DNA of 31,433 bases from Candidatus Micrarchaeota archaeon. GTDB lineage: Archaea > B1Sed10-29 > JAJSAI01. The notes under the pieces were generated by a model. It was not told the origin of the DNA. It made no database searches and saw nothing but the letters and a program-made list of their open reading frames with translations. The position numbers and the translations under genes were made by a program. Positions 27,397 to 31,433 of the stretch are shown piece by piece; positions within the stretch are counted from its first letter, which is position 1; the number at the start of each line of letters is the position of its first letter. The stretch lies in assembly GCA_964625085.1 (NCBI GenBank), contig CAZVAJ010000002.1, forward strand, positions 17,814 to 49,246, in the 5' to 3' direction.

Positions 27397-30300
27397 TTAT
27401 CTCCTTCTTGAGATTGGCGGTTTCCGCTGCTGCTTTATCCACATTACTGCTGCGATTATCACGGCCAGTGCTGTTATGACTGCTGCCGCGATTATCCATA
27501 CATAATCTTGTGCGGCAGGTGTTACCTCTTCTGGCGCAGGCTTTTCCTCTGGTGCAGTGGGTTGTGGCGCGGGCTGTTCAGGCGCTGTCACGTTTTCTTC
27601 TGCTGCCGGGGGCGTTACAGGTTCTTCTGCCTCCTGCTCCTCTTCTTCTTTTCCTGCAACAAAAACGCTTGCAGCTTCTTTTTCTGATACTATATTTATA
27701 TTCTTCCACCCTGATGCCTGGTAGTCCACAGTAAGCTCGTCTCCTGGGTTTACCTCATCGTACACGAACATGACCACTGGGTCTGCTTCTACTATTTTCA
27801 CTGTTGCACCAGGCGCGTTTATGGTTACTTCGGAGATGTCTGCAGCAAAGTCTTTTGGCACCGTGTCATAGATTATCACGTTGTACAATGTTTCTGTTCC
27901 TGTGTATCTGACTGTCACGCGCAGGGTTGATGATTGTGTTGTGGAAGTGATTCCTGCAGAGTAACTGAATTCTCCGGCATGCTGGTAGGACTGTTCAGCA
28001 AGCCTGTCAAGCACTTCCCCTGCAAGTTCTTCTCCAAGCACGTCTTCAAGCGCGCTTTGAAGTTCCTCGCTGGTGGTTACTGTTTGAACAACTTCTTCAG
28101 TGTTCTCGTAAGAGGGTGCTGGTTCTATGCCTGTTTCTGCTGTTGCAGACCCGCCGAGAGGCGTGCCTGATGAGATGGTTCCTCCTGTTGTGGTCGTGGT
28201 CCCGCTGCTTGGGATGTTGTAGTTCACTTTAATGTTGTGAACTCCAGGCGAAAGTGTTCCGTCAAGCAGTATCAAACTTCCTACCTGGTAAGTTCCTGGC
28301 CAAGGCGCACCGTCAACAAGGATACTCACCTGGTTCGCGCTTGTTATTCCCGGCACGTCATTGTTCGTGAGCATTATGTTCCCTTGCTGTGCCATGTTTA
28401 TTGTTGCAGAGTAGTTGTTTGCTCCTGCGGTTCCTGCTGGGACAACCTCTTCTATGGCTGGGAATGTCAAGCTTGTGTTTGCTTTTAGGGCAACTGATTT
28501 GCCTTTTATCCAGGCCTGCGGCAGGTCTGTGTGATCGTTTACGCTGGAGGTTATTTTGTACTTGTATCCTGCGAAGCACACTGTTATGTTAGCCCCGTTG
28601 GTCGGGGATCCTGAAATGCTGTCTGTCACGTTAAAGCACGCTGAATAGGGTGAAGCGCTTGTAGCGTTAGCCCACGCTGTGCCGTTCCATTCTTTTAGAG
28701 TTACTCCTGTTGACACGTTGAACGTCCGGCTGGTGCTGTTCGGGAAAACAACTGTCACGTTCTTCGGGAACACGAACTCAAGATAAACCTTGTCCGGTGT
28801 GTAGAAGTCATTGATTGCTGAGATGTTCACTGTGTATGTGGTGTTTATTGTTGCCCCCAGTTGTGGTGGGGCGCTTGTAGGATCAAACCCTGTTATTGTT
28901 TGCTCTGTAACGTTTATTGGAGGAATGTCACTGAGGTATAATGTTACTGGAACCACCGTGTTGTTCGTGGCATTAACAGTGAGCCTTATGATCGTTTTTC
29001 CTGTGCTCATGTCAAAAGAGAATGTTCCGGTGATTGGCTGGGTGTTTATGCTTCCAGTACTAAGGTACCTGGTCCCGTTGTATTCTATAGTGAACTCGTC
29101 CCTGAACGAGAATTGCCCTGGCACCATCTCTGGAGCGATTAGTGTCATGTTTACCGGTCCTTCAGGAGTATACACTGTCTGGGTTGACACCTTGGCTGGA
29201 ATAAGTCCTGGTGCGGTCAAGTTTATTGTGACCGTCTCGTGATCTGAATTTAGGTTGGTCGCATTAAGCTGGAACGTGTAATTGTAGGCCATGTTCTCCA
29301 TGCTCGTGGCTCCAGCGAACACCGGCTTGTCAGTGTATATTGGATCAACCCAGAACCCTTCAAGCAGGGACTCGTCCCCTGAGTTGTACATTGGGATAGG
29401 AACACTGTACTCTGTTCTAAGTGTCGTGAGGTTTGCGCCTTGCAGTGTCATCTTGCTGCTGTCATAAGACTGTTTCGGCAGTCCGTTCGCGACCCAAACT
29501 TCTACGTATGTATTGTTATAGTTTCCTGCTGAGTCATTTGCCCAAACGTTGAACGCGAACACTCCCGAAGTGTTAGGCTGGAACTGGCAGTTTACTGAAG
29601 TGGTTCCCGTGCACGTGTGCACTGTGGAGTTAGCCATGTCTACGACAGTGACTCTTGTAAAGTTAACTCCTGATGTCGCGTCAGTAACTGTGACAGGTAC
29701 TGTTACTGTTTCTCTTGCTGTGGTGAACCATTTACCTCCTATCTGGACCGCGCTCGCGACCGATCCTATAGATATCTGGGGAGGTGTGTTGTCCACGGTT
29801 ACGTTAAGTGTAGACGTACTTGTCCAGCTTGCCTGGTCCTCCATTGTAACGTTAATGTGATAGTGTCCGTCAGGTTGTCCTGTAAGATTCCACTGGAAAT
29901 TGCAGACTCTAAACTTCGGGGCAGACTGGCAGCTTGTTCCTTGATTAAAGTCTGTGCTGCCTCCTGAAACTGAAACTGTTGTGCTGGTAATGTTTGTTGC
30001 TGCGTCAGTCGCGTTGACCGAGACCGTAACGTACGAAGTGTACTGGTTAAGCGCGCTGTTGTTTGCGGGAGCTGCCCACGCAATAACAGGCGGATTGTTG
30101 TCCACGTAAACAGGTTGGACGCCACTAGTATCATTGTAGTTGCCTGCCTTGTCCGTGATGTTGAATAGTATATAATATGTTCCGTCTGCGACTGTAGTCG
30201 TGTCCAGAAGTCTGCTCCAAACTCCTTGAGTGAGATTACCGGAGATAAGGCTCATACCTGTCCAAGGCGTGACATTAGTTCCCCCTGTCATCAGGGCATA

Positions 30301-31433
30301 TGCAACGCTTGCTATTCCTGTGAAATAGTCAGAGAAGTTACCATACACGGTCACACTACCATTCAGTATGGCACCGGGTTCTATGGGAGAAACAAACCCT
30401 GCAAACTGCGGGTTCGTGAGATCAATATTGTAAGTCCGGGTTTCTGAAACATTCCACCTGTTAACCTGGTCTGAACAGTTCACGTACCAGGAGTGCGCTC
30501 CCTCAGAAAGCCCTGTGGCTTCTAGAGTTGTCAGTGTGTTGTTAGTCGCAGAAGTGTTCTGCGCCATGACACTCCCGTCCACGTACAAGTAGCAGCTTCC
30601 TGGGATGGACATGGCGTCAGTGAAATTAAATTGTACGGAGAGGGTTGTGCTTGTAGTATTTGTAGAGTTTGCTGGCGCGCCTGCCATCAAGTTCACTGTA
30701 GGCGGGTTCAGGTCTACTCTTATCACTCTTGAAGCTGACACTCCTGAATTGCCAACGTTATCAGTACAGTTAACGTAGTAAGTGTGCTCTCCTTCTGCCA
30801 GACTCCCTGTAGAGTATACTGCAGGAGTATTGTTCTGTTCTGTTCCTGAAGCAACACTTGCCCCGTCCACGTACAAGGTACAGGTTGCTGTTGGCGAGAA
30901 CGCGTCCGTGAACGTGAAGTTTATGGAGTTGGTTGCACTTGAAGTGTTGTAGTAGTTCACCGGAGAGTTAATGCTGACCGTGGGAGCGCTCTGGTCTGAG
31001 GTGAATGTTCTTGTTGCAGAATCACCTGCATTGCCTGCATTGTCCGTGCACGTGATGTTCCAAGAATGGTGTCCTTCTGTTATTCCCGTGCCTGTAATAA
31101 TTGTTGGCGTGTTGTTGGACACGCTGGAGTTCGTGGCATTAAGCACTCCGTCAATGTAAAGATTACATGACGGGCCAGTGTCAAAATTATCAGTGACCGT
31201 GAAATTAAACTGGACCGTAGAAGAGGACGTGTTGTACCCATTGACTGGGCTGTTAAGAGTTACAGCCGGGTCTGTCACATCCACGTAATAGGTCCAGGTT
31301 GCTGAAGTGTTGCTGTTTCCCATACCCATAAGGATGTTTGATGCTGCCTTGTCATAACAAGTCACGTTCCAGTTATGAGTGCCTTCTGACCTGCTCACAC
31401 TGAAAACAGTGGGAGTATTATTCATAACAGTGT
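27397..31433 (-). CDS. Very large cell-surface glycoprotein or adhesin with tandem Ig-like repeats and C-terminal TM anchor (5' partial)
   Basis: Frame is open to the window edge. About 95 aa repeats (P.V...SP...FNFTD...C.LY.DG...EG.H.W...C.D..GN), many N-x-S/T sequons, Gly/Thr and Pro/Glu linkers, TM YVWIIAAAVITALAVIIAAVMWI and a basic tail. Confidence 0.88.
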   Translation of the reverse strand, partial: TVMNNTPTVFSVSRSEGTHNWNVTCYDKAASNILMGMGNSNTSATWTYYVDVTDPAVTLNSPVNGYNTSSSTVQFNFTVTDNFDTGPSCNLYIDGVLNATNSSVSNNTPTIITGTGITEGHHSWNITCTDNAGNAGDSATRTFTSDQSAPTVSINSPVNYYNTSSATNSINFTFTDAFSPTATCTLYVDGASVASGTEQNNTPAVYSTGSLAEGEHTYYVNCTDNVGNSGVSASRVIRVDLNPPTVNLMAGAPANSTNTTSTTLSVQFNFTDAMSIPGSCYLYVDGSVMAQNTSATNNTLTTLEATGLSEGAHSWYVNCSDQVNRWNVSETRTYNIDLTNPQFAGFVSPIEPGAILNGSVTVYGNFSDYFTGIASVAYALMTGGTNVTPWTGMSLISGNLTQGVWSRLLDTTTVADGTYYILFNITDKAGNYNDTSGVQPVYVDNNPPVIAWAAPANNSALNQYTSYVTVSVNATDAATNITSTTVSVSGGSTDFNQGTSCQSAPKFRVCNFQWNLTGQPDGHYHINVTMEDQASWTSTSTLNVTVDNTPPQISIGSVASAVQIGGKWFTTARETVTVPVTVTDATSGVNFTRVTVVDMANSTVHTCTGTTSVNCQFQPNTSGVFAFNVWANDSAGNYNNTYVEVWVANGLPKQSYDSSKMTLQGANLTTLRTEYSVPIPMYNSGDESLLEGFWVDPIYTDKPVFAGATSMENMAYNYTFQLNATNLNSDHETVTINLTAPGLIPAKVSTQTVYTPEGPVNMTLIAPEMVPGQFSFRDEFTIEYNGTRYLSTGSINTQPITGTFSFDMSTGKTIIRLTVNATNNTVVPVTLYLSDIPPINVTEQTITGFDPTSAPPQLGATINTTYTVNISAINDFYTPDKVYLEFVFPKNVTVVFPNSTSRTFNVSTGVTLKEWNGTAWANATSASPYSACFNVTDSISGSPTNGANITVCFAGYKYKITSSVNDHTDLPQAWIKGKSVALKANTSLTFPAIEEVVPAGTAGANNYSATINMAQQGNIMLTNNDVPGITSANQVSILVDGAPWPGTYQVGSLILLDGTLSPGVHNIKVNYNIPSSGTTTTTGGTISSGTPLGGSATAETGIEPAPSYENTEEVVQTVTTSEELQSALEDVLGEELAGEVLDRLAEQSYQHAGEFSYSAGITSTTQSSTLRVTVRYTGTETLYNVIIYDTVPKDFAADISEVTINAPGATVKIVEADPVVMFVYDEVNPGDELTVDYQASGWKNINIVSEKEAASVFVAGKEEEEQEAEEPVTPPAAEENVTAPEQPAPQPTAPEEKPAPEEVTPAAQDYVWIIAAAVITALAVIIAAVMWIKQQRKPPISRRR
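29490..31433 (-). repeat. Protein-level tandem Ig-like repeats (about 6 full units plus 1 partial)
   Basis: Recurrent D..P.V/I, D.AGN and paired Cys motifs spaced about 95-105 aa apart; divergent at DNA level. Confidence 0.75.

Overview
Gene-dense archaeal chromosome segment in the standard genetic code. Archaeal assignment rests on archaeal-type PheS/PheT, RadB, RFC-S/L, CDC48, Nob1-like PIN, OGG2 and class III prepilins. The compact layout with ATGA couplings and convergent 3' overlaps, several shortened core proteins and a huge Ig-repeat surface protein suggest a DPANN-type archaeon (inference only). Left to right: the end of a Lys/Thr-rich protein; an M18 aminopeptidase-TldD-PmbA protease operon; RNase Z; a secreted membrane-anchored protein; Nob1-like PIN nuclease; pheS-pheT; rfcL; YchF-family GTPase; three coupled coiled-coil/membrane genes; a seven-gene pilin-like cluster, including two small prepilins missed by the ORF track; rubrerythrin divergent from ogg; a site-2 protease; cdc48; radB; a minus-strand run of YbjQ, membrane protein, MtaB, membrane protein, topA, macrodomain and NFACT-R; rfcS; and the 3' part of a >1340 aa surface glycoprotein. 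I saw no rRNA, tRNA, CRISPR array, transposase, integrase or intein. The best candidates for novelty are the pilin cluster with apparently leaderless pilins, the coiled-coil triplet, a near-identical DNA repeat between the two CDC48 Walker A regions, domain-stripped Nob1, Rqc2 and RFC-L, and a possible 17 kb inversion separating rfcS from rfcL. None of these is a proven new system. All family assignments come from recognising motifs by eye, with no database searches.
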